A stretch of 20,000 bases of DNA from an uncultured virus (IMG/VR IMGVR_UViG_3300030012_003218) (taxonomy: Duplodnaviria > Heunggongvirae > Uroviricota > Caudoviricetes), in IMG/VR virus record IMGVR_UViG_3300030012_003218, positions 56,076 to 76,075 of that record; one strand, 5' to 3'. Of this stretch, positions 7,231-17,161 are shown piece by piece. The notes under the pieces were generated by a model, which saw only the letters and a list, made by a program, of their open reading frames with translations, ran no database searches and was not told where the DNA came from. Each line of letters opens with the position of its first letter. Within the stretch, counting starts at the first letter, position 1. Made by a program: the position numbers and the translations under genes.

Positions 7231-7857
7231 GTTGTCCTAATAACTTCTTTTTCTTCTTTCTTAAATCTTTTGGTAGGTCCTCTTGACTTGGTGTATGTCC
7301 TGTCTCATCTATAACTCTTTGTATACAGAACAACCTTGCGTCTTTATCACCTGTACCCCACAACCAACCGATACTACCTTTTATTGATTTGATATCCTCG
7401 GTTATCTTGTCTAAACTGTCTTGTAGTAATTTTTCGTCACTATCATCCAATTTGTAAGAAATGTCATAATCACTTGCGAACTTCAACATTTTCATCAAGT
7501 CCTGAGATTCATATGCGTCATTGACTTTTTGAAAAGTCCTGTTATCACCACCTACGTCAGGGTGGACTTTAGACGCGAGTCTCTTATATAGATTCTTGAC
7601 CTTTCTCGGCGCATTCTTAAGAAGAGTTCTTTGTCTGTCGAGTTCCTCTTCTTTTCGTTTTCTTTCCTTCTTTGCATTTTCGTAATGTGTAGTCGGGTCC
7701 TCTATTACGGGTTCCTTCTTCTTTTTTGGTTTATCGTAAAACTTTTTAAAATATTTATCAAAATCCTTACAATAGGTCTGAAACTCTTCTTCAACCAATT
7801 CTCTCTCGAGGTTTAATACCTCAGATTTTAGTTTCAACAGTTTCAGTTTTTTGCTCA

Positions 7858-7858
<1 letters not shown>
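7211..7858 (-). CDS. J-domain (DnaJ-like) protein with coiled-coil N-terminus
   Basis: LYKRLASKVHPDVGGDNRTFQKVNDAY contains the J-domain HPD motif. Confidence 0.8.
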
Positions 7859-9456
<1,598 letters not shown>

Positions 9457-10065
9457 TTATTTACCTTTTTTTTGTTTTAATTTTGCTTGTTTTATTTGTT
9501 CTGCTCTCCACTGTGGTTGTTTACCTCTGATATTACCTCTTTGATTATGAAAACAATTGTAACACAAAAATCTAATGTTTTCTCTTTTGTGATTTGTCCA
9601 ATCATCATCAATGTGGTCAAGAATCAAAGGAATAGAACCATCTGTCAATCTTTTTTCTTTATATCCACAACTGTGACATTCATGTGGAAATTCTAACTCA
9701 GGTTTATGTGAGTTGTTAATTAATCTTTTCTTCAATAAAAAAACAGGATACTTAGGATGTTTACCATCTAATATGTCATTCAACGCGTATTTACCTTGAG
9801 TTACATTATATGGTTTCTTTACACCCTTACCTCTCTGATTCTTATGTAAGTCCCAAAGAGTTTTCCTTGTTTTTTCATCTATATAAGATTTTGAATACTT
9901 TTGATATGTGGTTAGTGATACATTAAGGAATCTTGCTGCACCTGAATTTGACTTCGAGTTCTTCATCGCATAACGAATCTGACTTTCAGTTAAGTTCAAG
10001 GGAGTTCTACCTTTCCCTAAAACATATCCATTTGGTAATTTAAAACCTTTTTTCATATCCTTCAT
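9457..10065 (-). CDS. HNH-family nuclease-like protein with an N-terminal HTH
   Basis: SNSGAARFLNVSLTTYQKY (HTH); CHSCG...LDHIDDDWTNHKRENIRFLCYNC (Zn-binding HNH). Confidence 0.78.
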   Translation of the reverse strand: MKDMKKGFKLPNGYVLGKGRTPLNLTESQIRYAMKNSKSNSGAARFLNVSLTTYQKYSKSYIDEKTRKTLWDLHKNQRGKGVKKPYNVTQGKYALNDILDGKHPKYPVFLLKKRLINNSHKPELEFPHECHSCGYKEKRLTDGSIPLILDHIDDDWTNHKRENIRFLCYNCFHNQRGNIRGKQPQWRAEQIKQAKLKQKKGK

Positions 10066-10070
10066 TTATA

Positions 10071-10079
10071 TATAAATAT
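10071..10079 (-). promoter_or_regulatory. second-class motif ATATTTATA
   Basis: Ends 5 nt before ATG 10065; same 9-mer at 13946-13954. Confidence 0.5.
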
Positions 10080-10082
10080 GGG

Positions 10083-10319
10083 TTACCCATATTTTTCCAC
10101 TATACTCTCTAAAAATTGGAAATCTTTATGAGATAGTGTTAATCTCTTTTTCTGTATTTTTTGTTCTAAATCATACAGTTTCTTTTTATCTTTATATTGG
10201 AAAATACCTCTTATATGTTTTGGATTGGAATATAGAATTTCTTTTGCACTTCTTACAAAATGGAAGTGTCTTGTTAATTCAGTTTCTATAAGTCCGTTAT
10301 ACCAAAACATTATTTCCAC
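10083..10319 (-). CDS. hypothetical protein
   Basis: 78-aa ORF in the operon. Confidence 0.6.
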   Translation of the reverse strand: MEIMFWYNGLIETELTRHFHFVRSAKEILYSNPKHIRGIFQYKDKKKLYDLEQKIQKKRLTLSHKDFQFLESIVEKYG

Positions 10320-10657
10320 AATACTTGAATACTTAACAATGTGAATGCTAAGATTAGTGATACAACAACTTTTGGTGTGAATCCTTGATTAAAGTAATAA
10401 GACACACCCCATGCATAAACCATCATTCCGATACCAAATCCAAGAAATCTTGTTGGCCATAACATTCCATCAAACCCTTGAACTGCGAACTTTGTTCCGT
10501 AGATATAAAGTAGTGATATTGGAATACCTAAAAGTGATAGTATATGTGGGTTGTTTTTAAACCATTCCCATTTAAACTGTCCATTCAATTGATGGAATAC
10601 TCCAAGGTGTCCTAATAAAAATAATACTCCACCAAAGAGTAAGTACTTAATGTTCAT
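10310..10657 (-). CDS. small 4-TM membrane protein (SMR/DMT-like topology)
   Basis: Four hydrophobic segments in 115 aa. Confidence 0.65.
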   Translation of the reverse strand: MNIKYLLFGGVLFLLGHLGVFHQLNGQFKWEWFKNNPHILSLLGIPISLLYIYGTKFAVQGFDGMLWPTRFLGFGIGMMVYAWGVSYYFNQGFTPKVVVSLILAFTLLSIQVLWK

Positions 10658-10817
10658 CTAATTTGTTTTTGTGATTTTCATATGCTAACACATTTGGTAA
10701 TCCTGAATAGTGACACCACTCTTGATATTGATAATCATCATCAAGATGTTTATCATTAGATAATGGGTCTTGTCCTGCCATCTGAAGGTCCTCTATCCAC
10801 CTTTTTGTTGCACTCAT
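10647..10817 (-). CDS. hypothetical protein (56 aa, MSATKRWIEDLQ...)
   Basis: Manual translation; ATGA overlap with the groES stop. Confidence 0.55.
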   Translation of the reverse strand: MSATKRWIEDLQMAGQDPLSNDKHLDDDYQYQEWCHYSGLPNVLAYENHKNKLDEH

Positions 10818-11095
10818 GATAGTCTGATTAGTATTTCTTGTTCTCTGTATAAATTATACTTTTCACCTTCTAATCTAAGTTGGATTCCTGTATTAGGAAC
10901 GATTACGGTGTCACCGATATTTAATTTCATCGGAATCTTTTTACCTGTGGATGTAAAGATACCATCACCAACTGCGATTACTTCACCTTTCAGTTGTTCT
11001 TTGTTGGATTCAGGTTTGTACAACCCACCTTTAGTTTTTTCGTCTTCTTTGATTACCTTGACTAAGACATAGTCATTCAATGGTTCATAATTCAT
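10814..11095 (-). CDS. groES: co-chaperonin GroES
   Basis: PLNDYVLVK, KTKGGLYKP mobile loop, GEVIAVGDG, IGDTV, YREQEIL. Confidence 0.95.
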   Translation of the reverse strand: MNYEPLNDYVLVKVIKEDEKTKGGLYKPESNKEQLKGEVIAVGDGIFTSTGKKIPMKLNIGDTVIVPNTGIQLRLEGEKYNLYREQEILIRLS

Positions 11096-11116
11096 AACTT
11101 TTTCCTTTTATTTGTA

Positions 11117-11148
11117 CTAATATACAAAAATTTGCATTAATATCCAAA
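11117..11148 (-). promoter_or_regulatory. Bacteroidota-type promoter TTTG-N20-TATATTAG upstream of groES, without TTAACA boxes
   Basis: TTTGG 11148-11144, TATATTAG 11124-11117; same 20-nt spacing as the cassettes. Confidence 0.65.
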
Positions 11149-11150
11149 CT

Positions 11151-11384
11151 TTACAGTTCGTTTTTTCTTAAAATGTTGATGACTTGACTTAAGTCTTCAA
11201 ACTCGTTAAATATAATTTCAGTATCTGCTATTTCTACTGATATATCCTCATCTACCCAATCTTCGGAATCATTTGAAATAAATTCAAGTCCACCGATTGT
11301 TAGTGAGTAATAACAAAATTCATCTACACCTTCCACTTCATCGAACCTTTTAAATCCAAGGTCCATCAAATCATTTTCAGTCAT
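11151..11384 (-). CDS. highly acidic hypothetical protein
   Basis: 22 D/E versus 4 K/R in 77 aa (hand count). Confidence 0.65.
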   Translation of the reverse strand: MTENDLMDLGFKRFDEVEGVDEFCYYSLTIGGLEFISNDSEDWVDEDISVEIADTEIIFNEFEDLSQVINILRKNEL

Positions 11385-11393
11385 CTAAGTCTC

Positions 11394-11594
11394 CTATCTT
11401 ACGATATCAAAACTCTTGATACCGTCACAGTCCAAACAGACCTCAGTGTCTATCCTTCCCCTAACACATGAATCATGTTCCCAAAGATATGCTGTATTCT
11501 TGGAACCACACTCACATTTAGAGTCAGTACATCTGATTCTACTGAACCGTTTAAGTTTGGGGTGTTTAATCCACTCCTCTCTTAAATATATCAT
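11394..11594 (-). CDS. small Cys-rich, Zn-ribbon-like protein
   Basis: CECGSKN...CLDCDG. Confidence 0.6.
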   Translation of the reverse strand: MIYLREEWIKHPKLKRFSRIRCTDSKCECGSKNTAYLWEHDSCVRGRIDTEVCLDCDGIKSFDIVR

Positions 11595-11596
11595 AA

Positions 11597-11950
11597 CTAT
11601 AGATTTATATCATTAAAACCACCATTTTTCTGAACAATTATACCTTCTGCTCTTACTTCATTAGGTTTTTTATCACTATTGTTGTTGATTAGGATTCTTT
11701 CAGCTCTACCGATTCCCATCACTAATTGATGGAATGGTATTCCTAAGATGTCCATTTCTTGAATTGTCTCGTGTCTCAAAGACTCAGGTCTTGCAGTAGT
11801 TAATACGATGTGGTATCCTTTTTTGAACCAATCAACCATTTTATCCACCACTCCTGGCAATGCAACACTCTCAAACGGGTCAAGGTCTTCAAAGTTCACT
11901 TGGTGAACTAAAGTCCCATCTATGTCTGTGAAAATAGTTTTATTTGTCAT
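11597..11950 (-). CDS. HAD-superfamily phosphatase-like protein
   Basis: IFTDIDGTL (motif I), VLTTARPE (motif II), FHQLVMG. Confidence 0.85.
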   Translation of the reverse strand: MTNKTIFTDIDGTLVHQVNFEDLDPFESVALPGVVDKMVDWFKKGYHIVLTTARPESLRHETIQEMDILGIPFHQLVMGIGRAERILINNNSDKKPNEVRAEGIIVQKNGGFNDINL

Positions 11951-11962
11951 ATCATTACTTAT

Positions 11963-12026
11963 TTACATAGTAAATATAGGTATTTTTACCTACATTTCCA
12001 AATTTTTAATGTTAAATAATTGTTAA
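11963..12026 (-). promoter_or_regulatory. promoter cassette copy 3
   Basis: TTAACA (12026-12021, containing the upstream gene's TAA), TTAACA (12015-12010), TTTGG (12002-11998), TATATTTACTATGTAA (11978-11963). Confidence 0.8.
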
Positions 12027-12595
12027 TTTTTTCTTAATCTAAACTTTGGATTAAGATATTGTTGATACAGTTTATTCAGTTGTTCATCTGATAATCCTAA
12101 ATTTAAAGAACGTATTGTGTCTTTTGATTTGTTAAAATCCTCTGTGTATATGTCTTCATACCAAACTAAATGTGGTGTAATTGTTTTTTCATAGAAGTCT
12201 GATAACCACTGATAGTTATTCATTACATGAGTTAAATGTCTTTTTGTAAATGGTACGTCATGAGAATATGAAGTTAAATATCCTTTTGTGATTGCATTTG
12301 AGTGACTTATTAAAGTATCTATCAAATTACCTCTCATTAAGATTATGGTTTTATCAAACTTAGTATAATTTCTCTTTATCCAATTATTGTCAAATGTCGG
12401 TCCTGTTAATGTTTTAAATATAATATTGTCCTTCAGAGTATCACCTTTGTTATATGGTGGTTCTGTTTTATAGTAGTTATCCCACAAACTTTTATTAAAT
12501 GGTTCGATTATTTTTTCTAACCTCATTACGTCTGCTAATCCAAACTGAAGTGATGTACTCCCACATCTTCCATGTCCTAATAATAATATTTTCAT
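12023..12595 (-). CDS. sulfotransferase-like P-loop protein (Stf0/Sulfotransfer type)
   Basis: LLGHGRCGSTSL (5'-PSB-like), EPFN, IILMRGNLIDTLIS (3'-PB-like), VWYEDI. Confidence 0.7.
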   Translation of the reverse strand: MKILLLGHGRCGSTSLQFGLADVMRLEKIIEPFNKSLWDNYYKTEPPYNKGDTLKDNIIFKTLTGPTFDNNWIKRNYTKFDKTIILMRGNLIDTLISHSNAITKGYLTSYSHDVPFTKRHLTHVMNNYQWLSDFYEKTITPHLVWYEDIYTEDFNKSKDTIRSLNLGLSDEQLNKLYQQYLNPKFRLRKN

Positions 12596-13284
12596 CCTAC
12601 TGTATTTCTATCACACCACGGTTCATCTGTAACAAATGGTCCCACCTCTGATGTTGGTATGTATTCCCATGCTAAACTAAATCTTGTTCTATCAGATACA
12701 TTTGGATAACAACCGTGAACTAAGTTTATATCAAAAAATGCTGCATATGGAGCAGGTCTCTCTAAATCTACTATATTAAATGGTCTTAAGTTAGATTCAC
12801 TAATCCATCTAATCCAAGGGTCAACCTCACTGACTACGTCATGTGGTATAATCCCGTATTTATGTGAGTTCTCTACAAGTCTTAAACATCCATTTTCTTT
12901 TGATGTATCTTCTAAATATATTGCACAACTGACAATCTTACTACTGTCACCTTTGAAATAATAATTGTCTTGGTGCATAAATGTTGACATTCCAACTTTT
13001 GGTTTCATTGGAAAGAATTTACTGATATATACGTCAACAGTATCTTCAGTATTTAATATCTCTTTTGCTTTTTTGACTAAGGTTGGATGTGATGCGATTT
13101 CTAAAAACTTTGGTTGGTAATTACACGCTCCATTTATTTTATTAAGATTGTCTTCACCATTCCACGAAAAGTGTGGGTGTTCTTTACCATGAGTACCTTC
13201 GTATGTTTCTTTACATACATTTAGATAGTACTCGTGTTCTTCTTTTGTTAGAAAATTATCAATAAGTTCGTAACCGTTTGTCAT
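12592..13284 (-). CDS. PhyH-family Fe(II)/2-oxoglutarate dioxygenase
   Basis: NGYELIDNFL, HQDNYY, ENGCLRLVENSH, LVHGCYPNVSDRTR. Confidence 0.9.
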   Translation of the reverse strand: MTNGYELIDNFLTKEEHEYYLNVCKETYEGTHGKEHPHFSWNGEDNLNKINGACNYQPKFLEIASHPTLVKKAKEILNTEDTVDVYISKFFPMKPKVGMSTFMHQDNYYFKGDSSKIVSCAIYLEDTSKENGCLRLVENSHKYGIIPHDVVSEVDPWIRWISESNLRPFNIVDLERPAPYAAFFDINLVHGCYPNVSDRTRFSLAWEYIPTSEVGPFVTDEPWCDRNTVG

Positions 13285-13925
13285 TACCAATTTTCAGGTT
13301 TTCTTGCTTCAGGATTATCTGTCCAACTTAATAGTCTTGTATCTTCTATATCATGTAATATGACCGTCTTTGGACCAACTTTTTGGTCGTAAAAATATTC
13401 ATATGAAAGTAACGCTACATCAGTGTCCATTGTTTGTATGATTTTATCATTAAACATTCTACAACCATTTGCCCAATAAATGTCATTGTAAGTTGTTAAA
13501 CACTCATTCACCATTCTTGAATTCTTCGCTGCCATATAAACTGTACAATCTATTAGAGTATTATTTTCTTGTGAGGGTTTCATTCCTGAAACAAAAGTTA
13601 TATCAGGATGTAATTTATCTAAAATCAAATCAAAAGACTGAATGGGTTTTGCGTCTGCGTCAACATAGATTCCACCAAAGTCCCTGAGTAGTAAAAGTCT
13701 TATCCTATCACAAATAAATGCCCATCTATACAAATCGGGGTCTGATGTGTAATTCTGAAGGTATTCATCATCTTTATAGATTTTCTCAAATACTTCGTTA
13801 CCCCAAAGTTTATATTCATAATCGGGGTTCATCTTTTGCATTTCCTCGGTAAACTTTTTACAGTGTTCGGGTATGGGTTTATCACCCAACCATAATTGGT
13901 GGATGATTTTAGGAATCTGTGACAT
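13284..13925 (-). CDS. GT32/OCH1-like glycosyltransferase (DXD motif)
   Basis: IPKIIHQLWLG, NPDYEYKLW, DRIRLLLLRDFGGIYVDAD. Confidence 0.9.
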   Translation of the reverse strand: MSQIPKIIHQLWLGDKPIPEHCKKFTEEMQKMNPDYEYKLWGNEVFEKIYKDDEYLQNYTSDPDLYRWAFICDRIRLLLLRDFGGIYVDADAKPIQSFDLILDKLHPDITFVSGMKPSQENNTLIDCTVYMAAKNSRMVNECLTTYNDIYWANGCRMFNDKIIQTMDTDVALLSYEYFYDQKVGPKTVILHDIEDTRLLSWTDNPEARKPENW

Positions 13926-13945
13926 ATGTAACTTTCTTTATTTTA

Positions 13946-13954
13946 TATAAATAT
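13946..13954 (-). promoter_or_regulatory. second-class motif ATATTTATA
   Basis: Ends 20 nt before the glycosyltransferase ATG (13925). Confidence 0.5.
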
Positions 13955-13968
13955 GATTTTAAATTTAA

Positions 13969-14160
13969 TCAAATTGACAAATGACCTAATTTTTCGTGTA
14001 GTCTTTTCATGTGTTTACACGGTGAGTGAGGTCGAAACTGTCGTGCCATACACTCACAATCTGATATGTGGTAATCTACAACGGTCACATTGTAATAAGA
14101 CAACTTACCTGTCTTCTTATTACGACTACCCATTTCTCTATACTGCCACTTGTTTAACAT
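13969..14160 (-). CDS. SWIM-type zinc-finger protein
   Basis: YNVTV...DCECMARQFRPHSPCKHM matches CxC-Xn-CxH; likely start ATG 14160. Confidence 0.75.
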   Translation of the reverse strand: MLNKWQYREMGSRNKKTGKLSYYNVTVVDYHISDCECMARQFRPHSPCKHMKRLHEKLGHLSI

Positions 14161-14282
14161 GGACAAAATATCCATAGTGAAACATAGAATACGGTAAACA
14201 GTGTTGTCAGAAATAAAACTGACGAAATTGTTTCTATCGGATTCTCTTTAATATAACCTATCATTTCTTTTAATTCTTTCAT
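14154..14282 (-). CDS. small membrane protein (42 aa, MKELKEMIGYIKENPIETISSVLFLTTLFTVFYVSLWIFCPC)
   Basis: Manual translation; single TM; fills the gap. Confidence 0.55.
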   Translation of the reverse strand: MKELKEMIGYIKENPIETISSVLFLTTLFTVFYVSLWIFCPC

Positions 14283-14287
14283 AATTT

Positions 14288-14899
14288 TTATTTGTTTTTT
14301 AAATGACCTAATGGATTCAATACGTCACATATCTTTTCGTATTCTTTATCGGTCATATAAGTTTTATTTTTAAGTAGGAACTCTCCAATATCTTTGAAGT
14401 GGTCTTTCATTTCGTGCCACTCATTCATCCAATACTCAACTGAACCCCACTTTGGTCTATTGTTTACAAATACATAAGAAGGGAAGTACTTCATTGGAGT
14501 ACCATTGTCAGTAGTTGGTGAATCCTCTCTGTATTCATAGATATCTTCCATACCATTGAAACTACCACCTTTGAACAACTGAGAGAAGTTCTCTATTTGT
14601 TCGTAAATATCTTTATCTACTGATGAACCATCTTGGTTAGAAACGTAGATATCACAAGAAGAACCACCACTATATACTGAAGAAGTTGCCCATACGTTCA
14701 ATAGGGGAAAGTTTTTCTTAACATATTGTTTGATTATTGAAGAACAATACTTTGCTCTCATTTGGATGTATGTTTCATCTTCCCACTGAGAAGAACCCTT
14801 GAATACCACTGCTGATTTTGGTAACTCGTAGTTTACACCTTGGATTGTTAATTTGATTTTTTTACTCATATTTTTTAATTTTAAACTCTTATTACTCAT
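14288..14899 (-). CDS. LPD29-like (large polyvalent protein-associated domain) protein
   Basis: IKQYVKKNFP...SVYSGGSSCDIY...FKGGSFNGMEDIYEY resembles the LPD29 pattern; start may be ATG 14869. Confidence 0.65.
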   Translation of the reverse strand: MSNKSLKLKNMSKKIKLTIQGVNYELPKSAVVFKGSSQWEDETYIQMRAKYCSSIIKQYVKKNFPLLNVWATSSVYSGGSSCDIYVSNQDGSSVDKDIYEQIENFSQLFKGGSFNGMEDIYEYREDSPTTDNGTPMKYFPSYVFVNNRPKWGSVEYWMNEWHEMKDHFKDIGEFLLKNKTYMTDKEYEKICDVLNPLGHLKNK

Positions 14900-14901
14900 T
14901 C

Positions 14902-14965
14902 TTACACTACTAATATAGTGATAATATTTTAAACTACCAAATTTTTAATGTTAAATAATTGTTAA
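14902..14965 (-). promoter_or_regulatory. promoter cassette copy 4
   Basis: TTAACA (14965-14960, containing the upstream TAA), TTAACA (14954-14949), TTTGG (14941-14937), TATATTAG (14917-14910); an extra TTAACA at 14975-14970. Confidence 0.8.
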
Positions 14966-15378
14966 ATTTTGTTAACAAAATATGTCAATAAAGACTCTTC
15001 TTTAACCTTATTATATTCGTTAGCATCCACTTTTATTCCAAGTTTACTTGCAATATCTAATCCCTTGTCCCACGCATTGACCTCATTTATGAATTTATAC
15101 ATACTGAACTTTTTTGGGGATTTGTCCTCATCAATTTCTTTAAAATAGTTTTCATACTTATTTTGATAAGCATGTCCGACTTCATGTAATAACGTATAAA
15201 GACCGTTCTTTTTCAGATTATGATTATGGTGAATAAAGATAGTTTTGTTCTTATGTCCCATAAAGGCGGTTATCTGACCCATTTTAACATCTATTCCTAA
15301 ATCGTCCTTGACGTACTCAGAAACCTTTTGAAAGTCTGTCACTATAAATATTTTATCCTTCGTGATACCAAAATTCAT
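14962..15378 (-). CDS. HExxH zincin-like metallopeptidase (ImmA/IrrE-like)
   Basis: LLHEVGHAYQ...EVNAWDKG. Confidence 0.75.
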   Translation of the reverse strand: MNFGITKDKIFIVTDFQKVSEYVKDDLGIDVKMGQITAFMGHKNKTIFIHHNHNLKKNGLYTLLHEVGHAYQNKYENYFKEIDEDKSPKKFSMYKFINEVNAWDKGLDIASKLGIKVDANEYNKVKEESLLTYFVNKI

Positions 15379-15532
15379 CGATTGCTATTTTTTCCAATCG
15401 TTTCCATTCAGTTCGAAGTTCTTCAACACTCCATTCAGAGTAGTTTATACCACGAGGTCTTACACCAAATGCCTCTTTGTATAAATCACTGATACATTGT
15501 AAAAATTGTTCTTTAGTCCAAGTATCTATCAT
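15353..15532 (-). CDS. small phage protein (59 aa, MIDTWTKEQFLQCISDLYKEAFGVRPRG...)
   Basis: Manual translation; ATG overlaps the upstream stop; the SDxxKxxxGxRPRG motif is familiar from small phage proteins. Confidence 0.6.
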   Translation of the reverse strand: MIDTWTKEQFLQCISDLYKEAFGVRPRGINYSEWSVEELRTEWKRLEKIAIDEFWYHEG

Positions 15533-15915
15533 ATAAATAATTTGTAATCTTTTTCGTAACTTATTGCTTCTTTTTCATATGGGTGAGATACATAATCATG
15601 ACCCATGTTGTAATATCTTTTGAACCAAATCGGTGATTGTAGGTAGTGGATGTATTCGTGAATCAAAGTCTGAACAACCATCTTCTTACTTTTCATATTA
15701 GGATAGTAAACAGTAATTTCATTCATATCACTACAATACTCTGCGTGACATCCATCTTCATCACCTGTTGCACCCTCTTCACCACTATACTTTTCGTAAA
15801 TGTTTTTGTGTAACTCAACGTAAGGAGTACACTCTTGGAACTTTGAGAATCCATAGTAGTTCTCTATCTTCGGGAGAACTTCATTAATTATTTCTTGAAC
15901 TTTGTTTTTTGTCAT
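15529..15915 (-). CDS. HExxH zincin-like metallopeptidase
   Basis: TLIHEYIHYLQ...HPYEKEA. Confidence 0.78.
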   Translation of the reverse strand: MTKNKVQEIINEVLPKIENYYGFSKFQECTPYVELHKNIYEKYSGEEGATGDEDGCHAEYCSDMNEITVYYPNMKSKKMVVQTLIHEYIHYLQSPIWFKRYYNMGHDYVSHPYEKEAISYEKDYKLFI

Positions 15916-15926
15916 ATCACTTAACT

Positions 15927-15990
15927 TTACATAGTAAAGATAATGAAAAGAGTTGTAATTTCCAAATTTCTAATGTTAAATAATTGTTAA
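15927..15990 (-). promoter_or_regulatory. promoter cassette copy 5
   Basis: TTAACA (15990-15985, containing the upstream TAA), TTAACA (15979-15974), TTTGG (15966-15962), TATCTTTACTATGTAA (15942-15927). Confidence 0.8.
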
Positions 15991-16613
15991 ATTTTTCTAA
16001 CTTTAAAAATAGGTTCCCATTGTTGGTGGACTTCATCTTTATCATAACCAAAGTTTTTGTAATCATCTAAGAATCTATCGTAACATACTTGTCTGAGATG
16101 TTCTTCATCAAATGGAATATTTGGATACTTACTTTTACCAATATATGGTACTTCGACATCTTCAGGAATAAACCATAATTCTTTTAGGTCTTCTTTGATA
16201 TTTTCTGCTCTGATAAGTAAATCTATTTGTTTTGATGTATTGTTTATTAGATTCCAAAGATTCCAACCATCTATCCAATCCTGTGACATATTATGTAAAC
16301 ACTCTATTGGTCCATTTGAAGGGTCTATCATTTCGTGTTGTCCACCATGATATCCATACTTCCAATAACTCATCCATCTATAATATGGATGTCTAATACT
16401 TGCAATATGAATATAATCCTTACCTGCTAATTCAGGCCAAAGGTTTACATGAGTAAAATCAGAAGTATGTTTTTCATTAGGCCAATCAGGATTCAGGTTA
16501 GAATATTTTCTAAAAATATCTTTTACAGACCTTGACGCGACTTTAGCAGGTGCTGTCCAAACAAATTTATGTTTGTGACTTATATTTGCTCCTCTTTTAC
16601 TAATCTCGTCCAT
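15987..16613 (-). CDS. sulfotransferase family 2-like protein
   Basis: ISHKHKFVWTAPAKVASRSV, SIRHPYYRWMSYW, LIRAENIKEDL, DDYKNFGY. Confidence 0.8.
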   Translation of the reverse strand: MDEISKRGANISHKHKFVWTAPAKVASRSVKDIFRKYSNLNPDWPNEKHTSDFTHVNLWPELAGKDYIHIASIRHPYYRWMSYWKYGYHGGQHEMIDPSNGPIECLHNMSQDWIDGWNLWNLINNTSKQIDLLIRAENIKEDLKELWFIPEDVEVPYIGKSKYPNIPFDEEHLRQVCYDRFLDDYKNFGYDKDEVHQQWEPIFKVRKI

Positions 16614-17161
16614 TAACTAAGGTGATAGTTCATTAACCAACATACAAAGGCGTATCGTGTACCTGATGTTACAGTTTGTAGTTCATGTCTTATATCAGAA
16701 TCAAAAATAATTACATTACCTCTTGTTCTATCTGCGGTAGTTACAATATCCTCACCGTCTACCTTACCGTGGTATAATTTTAAATCACCACCTTCATAGT
16801 CATCTGAGTTAGATAATTGTATAATAAATGTTTTAATTCTATCTTGATATGCGTATTTTGTTTTGTCACGGTGTTTTCTAAAGTATTGACCTGTTTCATA
16901 CCTTGCGATTCTTGCTTTTGGTCCTAATCCAATAACACCATATTTACTACACTTATCAGTAATCATCTTCTTAAGTTCAGGTGTAAGGTCATATTTACCT
17001 TCTGTAGAGTTTCTGTGAGATTTGTCAACATAATTGTAATTCAATTGACCATCAGGTGCTTTTGTAGTGAGTTTAGTTTCATTAAACTCAGTTGCGTTAT
17101 TCAATAAAATATCACATTCTAAATCTGTAAATAAAACTTCTTGAACTACATTTTTATTCAT
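16613..17161 (-). CDS. 2OG-Fe(II) oxygenase (prolyl-4-hydroxylase-like)
   Basis: YETGQYFRKHRD, IQLSNSDDYEGGDL, HELQTVTSGTRYAFVCW. Confidence 0.9.
   Translation of the reverse strand: MNKNVVQEVLFTDLECDILLNNATEFNETKLTTKAPDGQLNYNYVDKSHRNSTEGKYDLTPELKKMITDKCSKYGVIGLGPKARIARYETGQYFRKHRDKTKYAYQDRIKTFIIQLSNSDDYEGGDLKLYHGKVDGEDIVTTADRTRGNVIIFDSDIRHELQTVTSGTRYAFVCWLMNYHLS

Noticed and set aside
10071..10078. TATAAATA on the plus strand as a T4-type late promoter
   Set aside because: It would face away from all genes; the motif is positioned relative to minus-strand starts, so it is reported as its reverse complement
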